Assembly (NCBI RefSeq): GCF_008389435.1
Contig: NZ_VUYS01000007.1
Location: 54,391-86,390 of the forward strand
Direction: 5' to 3'
Length of the DNA stretch: 32,000 nt
From: Candidatus Nitrosocosmicus agrestis
Lineage (GTDB): Archaea; Thermoproteota; Nitrososphaeria; Nitrososphaerales; Nitrososphaeraceae
Shown in pieces: positions 10,222 through 19,179 of this stretch. The translations under genes and the position numbers were made by a program. Within the stretch, counting starts at the first letter, position 1; the number at the start of each line of letters is the position of its first letter. The notes beneath the pieces were generated by a model. That model was given only the letters and a program-made list of their open reading frames with translations, made no database searches and was not told the DNA's origin.

Positions 10222-10698
10222 GAGGAAGTTTCCATCAATATAGAAACCACGAAAAAGAACTGAATGAAGAGAAAAATAATAATCTCAAAAGTTGAAGGTG
10301 AGCAAATAATGCTTTTGCTCTTTATCATTTGTATCAGCATCTGTGTAAATATGAAAGTGTAGCAAAGCGCTCTATAACAAACAAACGATGAAATTTGTGA
10401 ACATTTTTACTTACACATTAGTTTTAGGTATCCTACTTTAGCGTGAATGAAGCATTAGTATCAATCAATCCTCCAAATAAACATAGACTATGCCCTTGAA
10501 ATTGCATTAATTACAATTTTCCTTTGTTTTATTATTATCATTCGTTTATATAGTGATGTTATAACAGGTCTTTGTTAAAATCAATTGAAATGACAAGGGG
10601 AAAAGAAAATACATTTTGAAATCAAATGTAAAGCAACCCAATCATGTATTTTTAAAGGTATCTACAAGTATTAATCGAATAGACTATTATTATATGTA

Positions 10699-10854
10699 TT
10701 AGACATTCTTATTTATTTTAATAAACAATTCTTTAGCATTCTTTCTTGCCTCTTCAGTTATTTCTTCATTAAAGATAGTATTGCTTAAAGAATCAAGAAC
10801 CACTTGCCATTCCTTCTCTGTCAGTTGAATATTTTTCTTATCCGTGTTGCCCAT
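10699..10854 (-). CDS. Small hypothetical protein (51 aa)
   Basis: Hand translation: MGNTDKKNIQLTEKEWQVVLDSLSNTIFNEEITEEARKNAKELFIKINKNV*. Charged, helix-prone composition; absent from the supplied track, whose shortest listed ORF is 60 aa. Confidence 0.5.
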   Translation of the reverse strand: MGNTDKKNIQLTEKEWQVVLDSLSNTIFNEEITEEARKNAKELFIKINKNV

Positions 10855-11010
10855 GATAGGGTTTTTTGATTTTCTGTAATAAAATCTTATTTCCCTCTAG
10901 ATTACAGCGACGGTGATACCAACAAGTAATGCAATTAAAATGATATTTGAGGAATAAAGTAGACAATTCATGAAATATGATACACAAACTGCCTTGGTAT
11001 ATTTTAGGGA

Positions 11011-11550
11011 TTACATTCTTTTCGATATAATGTAAAATCCATGCGCAGAGATGATTAGGGCAGCAAGTGACATTTTCGTAGCGAATACTAAATTCCATGG
11101 GGTATCAGGGTTCGGATAGGGCATGAACAAATTGTCTAATTGCAATTGACCATTAATCAAATCAGCAGTTATCAATGCATTCCACACAATAAAATTATAA
11201 AAGAACTCATAAATAGAAATTATCAATATTGCAAGTACTATTAATTGTAATATGGATCTCACACTTTTAGGAACATTTTTTACCGTATCTGTTCCTAATT
11301 TAGTAACACAATACCAGCCCACCACAGACACAATCATAAGGTAGGTTACCAGCTTTGCTAATCCTTTGGCTGGAAACTCTGTATGTACCAGTACTTCGCC
11401 AATTATGACTTTTCCCGTATTCAAATATTCATTAAGACTTACATACAAAGAATAAAAAGTAATAACAGCCATAATAAATGCGCATATATAAAAGACATAT
11501 AGATAGAATCTTCTCGACAGGAGCTCATCTTTTTCTATGCTTAATTTCAT
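11011..11550 (-). CDS. Multi-pass membrane protein of unknown function
   Basis: 179 aa with about four hydrophobic helices (FYICAFIMAVITFYSLYV, LVTYLMIVSVVGWYCV, ILQLIVLAILIISIYEFFYNFIV, MSLAALIISAHGFYII). Confidence 0.65.
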   Translation of the reverse strand: MKLSIEKDELLSRRFYLYVFYICAFIMAVITFYSLYVSLNEYLNTGKVIIGEVLVHTEFPAKGLAKLVTYLMIVSVVGWYCVTKLGTDTVKNVPKSVRSILQLIVLAILIISIYEFFYNFIVWNALITADLINGQLQLDNLFMPYPNPDTPWNLVFATKMSLAALIISAHGFYIISKRM

Positions 11551-11646
11551 TTATAATTAATCCGATTCAATTGCTCATATAAAAATTATATAATAATAGC
11601 CAAACGAATTCTCTAGATAAAGAGTCAAAAAAAGAAGAATAGGAAT

Positions 11647-12771
11647 CTATTTCAAAATATTTTCAAATACTTTGAGAATTCTAGACAAGTCATCCTCAGA
11701 TATTAATGGATGAACTGGTAAGGACAACACATGACTCCAGGCCCATTCTGTATTGCTGAGCAAGCTAGGTGCCACGTATTCTGCTGCATTGTTTTCATAG
11801 AATGGAGTTTTATGAATAGGTGGATCATAATAAATTGTAGCTCCTATTCCTTCTTTGACAAGGCCATTCTTTATCAAATCTCTCCGAGAGTTTTCTTTAA
11901 ATGCAATTGTAAACAGATACCAATTGAATTTTTTGTTAGCGGCTTCTTGTGGTAATGCAAGTAAGCCATCTTGTTCAAATTTCTTTAATCCATCGAATAA
12001 GAATTTTGCATTTGATTTTCGCATTCCCAACATTTGGTTTAACTTTTTCATTTGGGATATTCCCAATGCAGCGCTAAGTTCTGGTAACCTCAAATTTAAG
12101 CCAAATACACGGGTATCGTAACCATTTACCATACCGTGATTTCTTATCATAAGTAATTGTTCATGTAAATCATCATTATTGGTAACTATAGCCCCTCCTT
12201 CGCCGGTTGTAAGTACTTTGCTTGCATAAAAACTAAAACATCCAAGATGTCCAATTGTACCTGTTTGTTTTTGATTATACAAAGAACCAAGGGATTGACA
12301 AGCGTCTTCTATTACACTTAAAGACCTAGAACTTGCAATGTCGATTATTTCATCCATGTCGGAAGGATGACCATAAAGATGGACAGGAATAATCGCTTTT
12401 GTTTTTTCATTTACTTTTTTCTTTATATCATTAATGTCTATTGTAAAGTCATTTTTGTTTACATCTGCAAAAACTGGTTTTGCTCCAGTCGCAATCACCG
12501 AATTTGCAGTAGCTACAAAGGTAAAGGATGGAAGTATTACTTCATCGCCCGGTTTAATTCCTATGGATAGCAATGCAGCATGAATTGCAGAAGTTCCAGA
12601 ATTTACAGCGATAACATGTTTCACATTAAGATAGGATTTTAAAAGACTCTCAAAATCTTGGACACGCTTTCCACCATTTTTGGCAGGCGATGTCAAGGAA
12701 TTTTCAGAAAGTACATTTAAAACTTCTTGTTTGGCATCCTCATCCAACCAAGGCTTGTTTATAGGGATCAT
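11647..12771 (-). CDS. DegT/DnrJ/EryC1/StrS-family PLP-dependent aminotransferase
   Basis: HVIAVNSGTSAIHAALLSIGIKPGDEVILPSFTFVATANSV, VIEDACQSLG and CFSFYASKVLTTGEGGAIVTN, which contains the Schiff-base lysine. Confidence 0.92.
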   Translation of the reverse strand: MIPINKPWLDEDAKQEVLNVLSENSLTSPAKNGGKRVQDFESLLKSYLNVKHVIAVNSGTSAIHAALLSIGIKPGDEVILPSFTFVATANSVIATGAKPVFADVNKNDFTIDINDIKKKVNEKTKAIIPVHLYGHPSDMDEIIDIASSRSLSVIEDACQSLGSLYNQKQTGTIGHLGCFSFYASKVLTTGEGGAIVTNNDDLHEQLLMIRNHGMVNGYDTRVFGLNLRLPELSAALGISQMKKLNQMLGMRKSNAKFLFDGLKKFEQDGLLALPQEAANKKFNWYLFTIAFKENSRRDLIKNGLVKEGIGATIYYDPPIHKTPFYENNAAEYVAPSLLSNTEWAWSHVLSLPVHPLISEDDLSRILKVFENILK

Positions 12772-12968
12772 TATTGATTTACTTTCTTTTACAGATATAA
12801 ATATCAGTAATAATATATCAAAATAATCATCAAGAAAATTTGAATTGGGATTTATTTTTAGATTTAAGGTTTAATTTGATTTTATTACAAGATGAAAATA
12901 AATAAATGCAAACTACTATTTTTGAAATATAAGAAAATTCTATGAATTTACTACCATTATGGGTAGTT

Positions 12969-12978
12969 AAAATATAAT
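12969..12978 (+). promoter_or_regulatory. Candidate TATA box (box A) of the tRNA-Ser gene
   Basis: AAAATATAAT lies about 27-36 nt upstream of the tRNA 5' end, in the expected position for an archaeal box A. Confidence 0.35.
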
Positions 12979-13024
12979 AGAGGGCATCAGTAAGTAATTT
13001 TGGTGCAGATGTGGCAGAGTGGTC

Positions 13025-13050
13025 ATCCTAAATTAGGTTTAGGACCACAA
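13025..13050 (+). other. Non-canonical tRNA intron in the D-loop (26 nt)
   Basis: Central helix GTGG (13019-13022)/CCAC (13045-13048), 3-nt bulges TC^A and AA^T, inner helix TCCTAAA (13026-13032)/TTTAGGA (13038-13044). Removal gives GCAGAGTGGTCTAATGCG, a normal archaeal D-arm. Confidence 0.75.
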
Positions 13051-13068
13051 TAATGCGTCGGCCTTGAG

Positions 13069-13091
13069 TTGATCAAGGTTGATAACAAGTT
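13069..13091 (+). other. Canonical-position tRNA intron (37/38), 23 nt
   Basis: Central helix CTTG (13063-13066)/CAAG (13086-13089), bulges AG^T and TT^A, outer helix formed by the anticodon stem. Removal gives the 7-nt loop CTTGAGA. Confidence 0.85.
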
Positions 13092-13348
13092 AGCCGATTC
13101 GCCGTATGGCGAGCAGGAGTTCAAATCTCCTCATCTGCGCTGTAATGTATATTATAAATTGATTACACAAAAGCGTCAAAAACTAGTCTTGTGTCGAACG
13201 TAAATTGAATAATTTAGTGGAATTTTACTTTTATATATAATTTACCTTTGTTTAGCGAGTTTATTATTAAAGATTGTACGATGTCAATGAAATTCGATAA
13301 AATAACGTATTATAATGACGCGAACAAAATCAAAATATATAAAATAAC

Positions 13349-14452
13349 ATGAAAAAATATACAGTAGTATTAATTGGAATCGCGGTTGTCATTCTTAGTG
13401 TTATAACAATATTAAACAATCGATCTGAAACTACAATATTGCTTCCTTCTCCCAATATGGAAGATAGAGAATCATCTGTCAAGGTCATGGCAGAGGGTCT
13501 CGAATATCCTACAGGGATAGTAATTTTACCTGATGAAAGAATTGTATTAACCGAACAAACAGGCAAGACCTTGATTTTAAGTAGTAACGGATCATTGCTA
13601 AACACATTCGAATTACCCGAAACCTATTTTGAAGAAGGTGCGGGATTACTAGGATTAACTGCAGATCCTCATTTTGCTGACAATCATTTATTGTACCTTT
13701 TCTATACTTACAAGGATAACAATGATAGTAAAATATTTAATAAAGTAATTAGTGTGCAGGAAAAAAACAATAGCTTAGACGATGTGCGAATAATATTAGA
13801 TCACATGCCGGCTTCAAAGCTCCATAATGGAGGAGCTATAAAGTTTGGTCCTGATGGAAAACTGTATGTGAGCATAGGTGACACAACCAATTCCGAATTG
13901 GCTCAGAATTTATCAAGTTTGGCTGGAAAAATACTCCGGTTGAATCCTAATGGCACTATCCCCACTGACAATCCATTCGAAAATTCAGCCATTTACTCAT
14001 ATGGACATAGAAACGTCGTGGGAATTGCATGGGACTTTAACAATAATACAATGTATTCTACTGAAGCAGGTCGAATTGGAAACGATGAAATTAATATTAT
14101 CGAACCGGGAGAAAATTATGGTTGGCCAATAGAAGAATGCGGTAACTTGGAGGAAAGTCTTTTTGTTAATGCGGAATTCTGTTTTACTCCGTCTATCTAT
14201 CCTTCAGGAATTGTTATCAGCAATTCTACTGAACTAAACTATTATGGAAGGTTATTGGTGGCAACTATGAAAGGAGAACATTTAAGAAGTATTGATCTCA
14301 TTACAAAAGACCAATCGGCCATTTTAACTGGCTACGGCAAGTTAAAAGACGTTACCGAGGACAAAAATGGTTCTCTATATGTGATAACAAATAACAGAGG
14401 ATTTTATGATAATACAGGTTCCGACAGGATCCTAAAGATCATGAGGAATTAA
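13349..14452 (+). CDS. PQQ-dependent sugar dehydrogenase (glucose/sorbosone dehydrogenase-like) with N-terminal membrane/signal segment
   Basis: GLLGLTADPHFADNHLLYLFYTY, LHNGGAIKFGPDGKLYVSIGD, GKILRLNPNGTIPTDNPF, IYSYGHRNVVGIAWD; N-terminal YTVVLIGIAVVILSVITI. Confidence 0.87.
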   Translation: MKKYTVVLIGIAVVILSVITILNNRSETTILLPSPNMEDRESSVKVMAEGLEYPTGIVILPDERIVLTEQTGKTLILSSNGSLLNTFELPETYFEEGAGLLGLTADPHFADNHLLYLFYTYKDNNDSKIFNKVISVQEKNNSLDDVRIILDHMPASKLHNGGAIKFGPDGKLYVSIGDTTNSELAQNLSSLAGKILRLNPNGTIPTDNPFENSAIYSYGHRNVVGIAWDFNNNTMYSTEAGRIGNDEINIIEPGENYGWPIEECGNLEESLFVNAEFCFTPSIYPSGIVISNSTELNYYGRLLVATMKGEHLRSIDLITKDQSAILTGYGKLKDVTEDKNGSLYVITNNRGFYDNTGSDRILKIMRN

Positions 14453-14458
14453 ATGTAA

Positions 14459-15745
14459 ATGAACACCAAGAAAAAATTCCGAGATATGACTCATGAGGAA
14501 AGACTTCATCACCTAAAGACAGAAAAAAATCTACAAGACAAGGAGATTGATTATTTTAGAAATACCGGTGCCTTAGAATTTGATATCCTTAATGGTATGG
14601 TAGAGAATGCGATTGGAATCTTTCCAATCCCTATTGGAATAGCTAATAACTTTGTTATTAACAATAAGGAATATTTGGTTCCAATGGCCACAGAAGAGCC
14701 TTCAGTGATAGCTGCTGCTAGTAATGCAGCAAAGATAGCCAAAACAAGCGGAGGGTTTGTTGCATCAGTAGATGAATCTATCATGATAGGACAAATTCAG
14801 TTAATACATGAAGATCTACACAATACCCCAAATATCGACAGTGCTATGAAATTAATTGAAGATTCCAGAAATAAAATAATAGATTTAGCTAATACCAAAA
14901 GTAAATTTGCCAAATGTATAGATGTGAAAACCAAGTACGTAAACGATGATAGCATAAACAGGCTAGGGCAAATGATAATTGTCGAAATTTTTGTAGATAC
15001 AAAAGACGCAATGGGGGCCAATGTAGTTAATACCATGTGCGAGGCGGTAGCTCCAAAAATAGAAACTATAACTGGAGGTAAAGTCATATTAAAGATCTTA
15101 TCAAATTATGCTACCAGTCGACTGGCAAGATGCAAAGGAACATTCCCAAAAGACGCCATCGGGGGTGAGGAAATCGTAAAAAGGATTTTGTTTTCGTATG
15201 CTATGGCATATTCTGATACATATAGGGCAGTCACTCATAACAAAGGAATAATGAACGGCGTTGATAGTGTGGCCATTGCTGCAGGACAGGATTTCAGAGC
15301 AATTGAGGCTGGTTGCCATGCATACGCATGTAGAGATGGACAATATAGATCACTGACCAAATGGTATCCAGATTCCAACGGTGACCTAGTAGGAGAAATT
15401 GAAATTCCTATTGCAGTTGGAACGGTGGGAGGAATAATAAACACCCATCCCATCGTGAAAACGTGCTTAAAAATAATGGATATAACCAATTCAAAAGAAT
15501 TGGCAATGCTGATTGCTGCATCAGGATTGGCACAGAACTTTTCGGCAATAAGGGCGCTATCAAATGAAGGCATTCAAAAAGGACACATGAAACTGCATTC
15601 GAAAAATATTGCAATTATGGCGGGTGCTACAGGTGAAAAAATTGAACAAATTTCGATGATGATGATCAAGGAAGGAAACGTATCAGTCTCGCGTGCTAAA
15701 GAAATCTTAGAGACAATGAATCAGAACAAAAAAATAGAGCAATAA
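14459..15745 (+). CDS. Hydroxymethylglutaryl-CoA reductase, class II-type
   Basis: 428 aa with class II-type motifs GMVENAIGIFPIPIG, MATEEPSVIAAASNAAKIAK, DAMGANVVNTMCEA and GIQKGHMKLHSKNIA. Starts 7 nt after the preceding ORF. Confidence 0.9.
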   Translation: MNTKKKFRDMTHEERLHHLKTEKNLQDKEIDYFRNTGALEFDILNGMVENAIGIFPIPIGIANNFVINNKEYLVPMATEEPSVIAAASNAAKIAKTSGGFVASVDESIMIGQIQLIHEDLHNTPNIDSAMKLIEDSRNKIIDLANTKSKFAKCIDVKTKYVNDDSINRLGQMIIVEIFVDTKDAMGANVVNTMCEAVAPKIETITGGKVILKILSNYATSRLARCKGTFPKDAIGGEEIVKRILFSYAMAYSDTYRAVTHNKGIMNGVDSVAIAAGQDFRAIEAGCHAYACRDGQYRSLTKWYPDSNGDLVGEIEIPIAVGTVGGIINTHPIVKTCLKIMDITNSKELAMLIAASGLAQNFSAIRALSNEGIQKGHMKLHSKNIAIMAGATGEKIEQISMMMIKEGNVSVSRAKEILETMNQNKKIEQ

Positions 15746-15811
15746 AACAATCCTTACAAAAAAAACAAATAAACAACACAATCAATAATACACTCGATAT
15801 AGGAATTTAAG

Positions 15812-16804
15812 ATGGGTATTGTTAAATTTGTGGTGCCCAAAGGCAGTATAGAAGAAGCCACTTTTCAAATAATAGAACGAGCATGGCAAACAAAGGTTAG
15901 CGGTAGGGGCAGAATATACAGGGTAAAGATCGGGGATCCAGAAATAGAAGTAAAAATCTTGAGACCACAAGAAATTCCCACATACGTGCAGGAAGGATTT
16001 CACGATGTTGGAATAACGGGCAAGGATTGGATAAAGGAAACTAATGCAGATGTTAAGGTACTATTAGACTTAGAATATGGTAGAGTAAAACAGGTAATAG
16101 CCATTCCAGAATTCTTTGGATTTAATAACTTGGATGAACTGATATCAGATTTTGCTGAAAAGAAAAAAACTCTGAGATTTTCCACCGAATACCTAAAGTC
16201 AGCTTCTATGTACATTAAATCAAAGGATAGTTACAAGAAATATTTTGGCGATCTAGAACCAACAATAGTAACTCCATGGTCAAGGACAGGCGACAATAAA
16301 CTAGTAGAAATATTCTTATCATTTGGAGCAACTGAGGCAAAACCTCCAGAGGATGTTGACGCCGTTTTTGATATTACAGAGACAGGAACTACATTAGTTC
16401 AAAACAATCTGAAAATAATTGATCAGGTAATGGAGTCCACAGCGGTCCTAATTGCTAACAAGGAAGCTCTGAAAGATCCGGTCAAAAAAGAGAAGATAAC
16501 TGATATGATTGTTTTGTTAAAAGGTGTGGTTGAAGCCAGGAAAAAGTTACATATTTTCGTTAACGTGGAGGAGAAAAATCTCGAACAGTTGTTAAATATT
16601 CTCCCTTCCCTTAAGGGACCAACCGTTAGTAATTTAAGTACCAAGGGCTGGTTTGGGGTAAATACAATAATAGATAAAGAGGAATTTATCAGACTTGTCC
16701 CAACCATTAGAAAAATAGCTCAGGGGCTCGTGATATTGGAACCAAGTCAAATACTATCCATGGATAAGATAACTTTAGACGAAAAAGAAGTAAAAATTGA
16801 TTAA
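15812..16804 (+). CDS. hisG: ATP phosphoribosyltransferase, long form
   Basis: VKFVVPKGSIEEATFQIIERAW, ILRPQEIPTYVQEGFHDVGITGKDWI, DAVFDITETGTTLVQNNLKII; directly upstream of hisD. Confidence 0.92.
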   Translation: MGIVKFVVPKGSIEEATFQIIERAWQTKVSGRGRIYRVKIGDPEIEVKILRPQEIPTYVQEGFHDVGITGKDWIKETNADVKVLLDLEYGRVKQVIAIPEFFGFNNLDELISDFAEKKKTLRFSTEYLKSASMYIKSKDSYKKYFGDLEPTIVTPWSRTGDNKLVEIFLSFGATEAKPPEDVDAVFDITETGTTLVQNNLKIIDQVMESTAVLIANKEALKDPVKKEKITDMIVLLKGVVEARKKLHIFVNVEEKNLEQLLNILPSLKGPTVSNLSTKGWFGVNTIIDKEEFIRLVPTIRKIAQGLVILEPSQILSMDKITLDEKEVKID

Positions 16805-18092
16805 TCTTATAGATATTAAGCAACCAAGAGAACAAGCTAATGAATTGAGAGATAGGTCTTGGAACAAGGATCTATCGATTCCAACCAAAAACGTTCTTAA
16901 CATTGTTGACATTATAAGAGCTGAAGGGGATACTGGAATTTTCAAATGTATTGAAAAATACGATCACGTAAAATTAAAATCATTTATCGTTACTATGGAT
17001 GAGATACAAGAAGCATATGAAAAGGTTTCGGCAAAACAAATAAAGATTATCAAACACATCAAGTCAAAACTAGAAAAAAGCGAACAAGCTGTTATAGACA
17101 ATCTCAAGAACATAAAAATTGATTCAGACGGAATTAAGATAAAAAAAACCATCTTACCCATTGATAGGGTCGGATGTTATATACCAGGTGGAAAAGCACG
17201 ATATCCAAGCACTATTGTCATGTGTACAGTACCAGCAAAAGTTGCAGGGGTTGGCCAAATAGTAGCGATTACGCCTCCTATGACAAATGGTGAGATAGAT
17301 CCTTTGACTCTTGTGGCCGGTGATATTTGTGGCGTTGACGAATTTTATAAAATTGGTGGTGCATATGGAATAGCAGCTTTAGCTTATGGAACACAAACAA
17401 TAAGAAAAGTGGACAAAATTGTTGGTCCAGGTGGAGTATATGTCTCCGTTGCAAAGTCAATTGTTTCAAAAGATGTTTCTATAGATATGATAGCTGGGCC
17501 AACCGAGTTGTTAGTTTATGCTGATGAAAAATCAAATGCCTTTTATGTCGCACTAGATTTGATATCTCAGTCAGAGCACAGTGAAGACACATTATGTGGA
17601 GTAGTAACGAAATCAAAGACTGTGGCTGATAATATATCAAGAGAAATTGACAGAATAATTAAGATCAAAAAAATTCCAAGAGAAGAACTTGTAATAAAGA
17701 GTATGGAAAATAACGGATTTATAGCATTGTGCCAAAATAATGAACAAGTAGTAGAATTTATAAATGAATTTGCTCCAGAACATTTAGAAATATTTGCCAA
17801 AGAGGACAAGGAACTGATCAAAAAAATTCATAATGCAGGTTTAATATTAATAGGAAAATACACACCCTCTGCAGTAAGTGACTACTGCCTTGGCTCTAAT
17901 CATGTATTACCAACTTATAGATTCGCCAAATCAAGAGCTGCGTTATCTGTTTTAGATTTTATCAAATTGGTTAACGTGATCGAGATGAACAAAAACGCTC
18001 TCAAAAAAATTGCACCTATAATGAAAGAAATAACCTCAACAGAGGGACTAATCAATCATTATAACGCGGTAGAAGGAAGGATAAAAGAATGA
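16797..18092 (+). CDS. hisD: Histidinol dehydrogenase
   Basis: VGCYIPGGKARYPSTIVMCTVPAKVAGV, DMIAGPTELLVYAD, DLISQSEHSED, APEHLEIF, GSNHVLPTYRFAKSRAALSVLDF. Confidence 0.96.
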   Translation: MINLIDIKQPREQANELRDRSWNKDLSIPTKNVLNIVDIIRAEGDTGIFKCIEKYDHVKLKSFIVTMDEIQEAYEKVSAKQIKIIKHIKSKLEKSEQAVIDNLKNIKIDSDGIKIKKTILPIDRVGCYIPGGKARYPSTIVMCTVPAKVAGVGQIVAITPPMTNGEIDPLTLVAGDICGVDEFYKIGGAYGIAALAYGTQTIRKVDKIVGPGGVYVSVAKSIVSKDVSIDMIAGPTELLVYADEKSNAFYVALDLISQSEHSEDTLCGVVTKSKTVADNISREIDRIIKIKKIPREELVIKSMENNGFIALCQNNEQVVEFINEFAPEHLEIFAKEDKELIKKIHNAGLILIGKYTPSAVSDYCLGSNHVLPTYRFAKSRAALSVLDFIKLVNVIEMNKNALKKIAPIMKEITSTEGLINHYNAVEGRIKE

Positions 18093-19168
18093 TAGATTGG
18101 CTGGATAGAGAGATTTCTCATATGAAATCTTTTAAACCGTACAAAAGACCAGAAAAAATCCATGAATTTCATAAACTAGATTCGAATGAAAATTTAGTTT
18201 TAGAAAGCAGATTCATAAAAACTATTGCGTTGAAATCTCTTCATGAAAGCGACTTTAGAGAATATCCGTTAGAACAATTTGATAAATTGCATAAGAAACT
18301 AGCAGAATATACCAATCTTAGTTCTAGTAACATAGGAATAGGAGGTGGATCTGATCAGATAATGGACTTATTATTATCCACCATAGGTAAAGGAAGAAAA
18401 GTTATCACATTAAATCCTACCTTCTCATATTTTATAGACCGATGCAATCTTTATAAAATACCAACAGAACAGATTGATCTTTCAGTTATAAATAATTCGT
18501 TTGATGTAGAGTTTTTTATTGCTCGAGCAAAAGAAAATGATATAATTTATATAGCATCTCCAAATAACCCCACAGGAAATCAATTCAAATTTGAAGATAT
18601 AATAAAAATAGTTGAAAGACTAGATGACAAGTTAATAATAATAGATGAAGCTTATGTAGAATTTGCCGAATACAATCTGTCAGATCTTATTACTAAATAT
18701 AATAATGTTATAATCTTAAGAACATTTTCGAAAGCTTTTGGTTTAGCAGGTGCACGGATTGGATACATCCTTGCCAATGCAGAATTGACAGAAGCATTTA
18801 ATCAACATATCCAATTGCCATATGCTCTCAGTAGTTTTTCGATGCAACTAGCAATAGAAGCGCTACAAAATATTAGAATAATAGAAAGGAGCATAGAGGT
18901 CATAAAAAAAGAAAGAGTAAAGATATTTGAAAGACTGAAAGCATTGAATCAGATCAAAATATTTAATTCGGATGCCAACTTTTTTTTCTTTCAAACCTTT
19001 GATCAAATAGACAAAATAAAAAATGATATGTTAGCCAAAAAAATTCTAATAAAGGATTTTAAGAATATAGGTAAATATCAAGGAGCGATGAGAATTACCA
19101 TTGGAAATCCAGAGACAAATGATATAATAATCTCAATACTGGAAAAACTAGAAAACAATATAAAATAA
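18089..19168 (+). CDS. hisC: Histidinol-phosphate aminotransferase
   Basis: KLDSNENLVL, IYIASPNNPTGNQF, IIIDEAYVEFAE, ILRTFSKAFGLAGARIGYI. Overlaps the hisD stop by 4 nt (ATGA). Confidence 0.94.
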   Translation: MIDWLDREISHMKSFKPYKRPEKIHEFHKLDSNENLVLESRFIKTIALKSLHESDFREYPLEQFDKLHKKLAEYTNLSSSNIGIGGGSDQIMDLLLSTIGKGRKVITLNPTFSYFIDRCNLYKIPTEQIDLSVINNSFDVEFFIARAKENDIIYIASPNNPTGNQFKFEDIIKIVERLDDKLIIIDEAYVEFAEYNLSDLITKYNNVIILRTFSKAFGLAGARIGYILANAELTEAFNQHIQLPYALSSFSMQLAIEALQNIRIIERSIEVIKKERVKIFERLKALNQIKIFNSDANFFFFQTFDQIDKIKNDMLAKKILIKDFKNIGKYQGAMRITIGNPETNDIIISILEKLENNIK

Positions 19169-19179
19169 GTATATGCTGC

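Larger units (their letters stand above)
13005..13139 (+). tRNA. tRNA-Ser(UGA) with two candidate introns; mature length about 86 nt
   Basis: Acceptor GCAGATG/CATCTGC with discriminator G; D-stem GCA/TGC; anticodon stem TCGGC/GCCGA with spliced loop CTTGAGA; long variable arm CGCC-GTAT-GGCG; T-arm AGGAG-TTCAAAT-CTCCT. CCA not encoded. Confidence 0.88.

Noticed and set aside
12950-12967. Small inverted repeat ACTACC-ATTATG-GGTAGT before the tRNA gene
   Set aside because: Only 6 bp. It overlaps no promoter element clearly and is likely by chance in AT-rich sequence.
13005-13139. Reading the locus as tRNA-Leu(UAG) with a single long intron
   Set aside because: With the CCTAA/TTAGG arm as anticodon arm there is no 3' half for the D-stem, and the discriminator is G as in Ser. 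The CGCC/GGCG variable arm and TCGGC/GCCGA stem instead fit tRNA-Ser(UGA) after two intron removals.
14551-15614. Several antisense ORFs inside the HMG-CoA reductase gene (77-112 aa)
   Set aside because: Antisense shadow frames of a strongly supported CDS, with no independent motif support.
16000-17821. ORFs embedded in hisG and hisD on either strand
   Set aside because: All overlap well-supported enzyme genes in other frames and look like random open frames.
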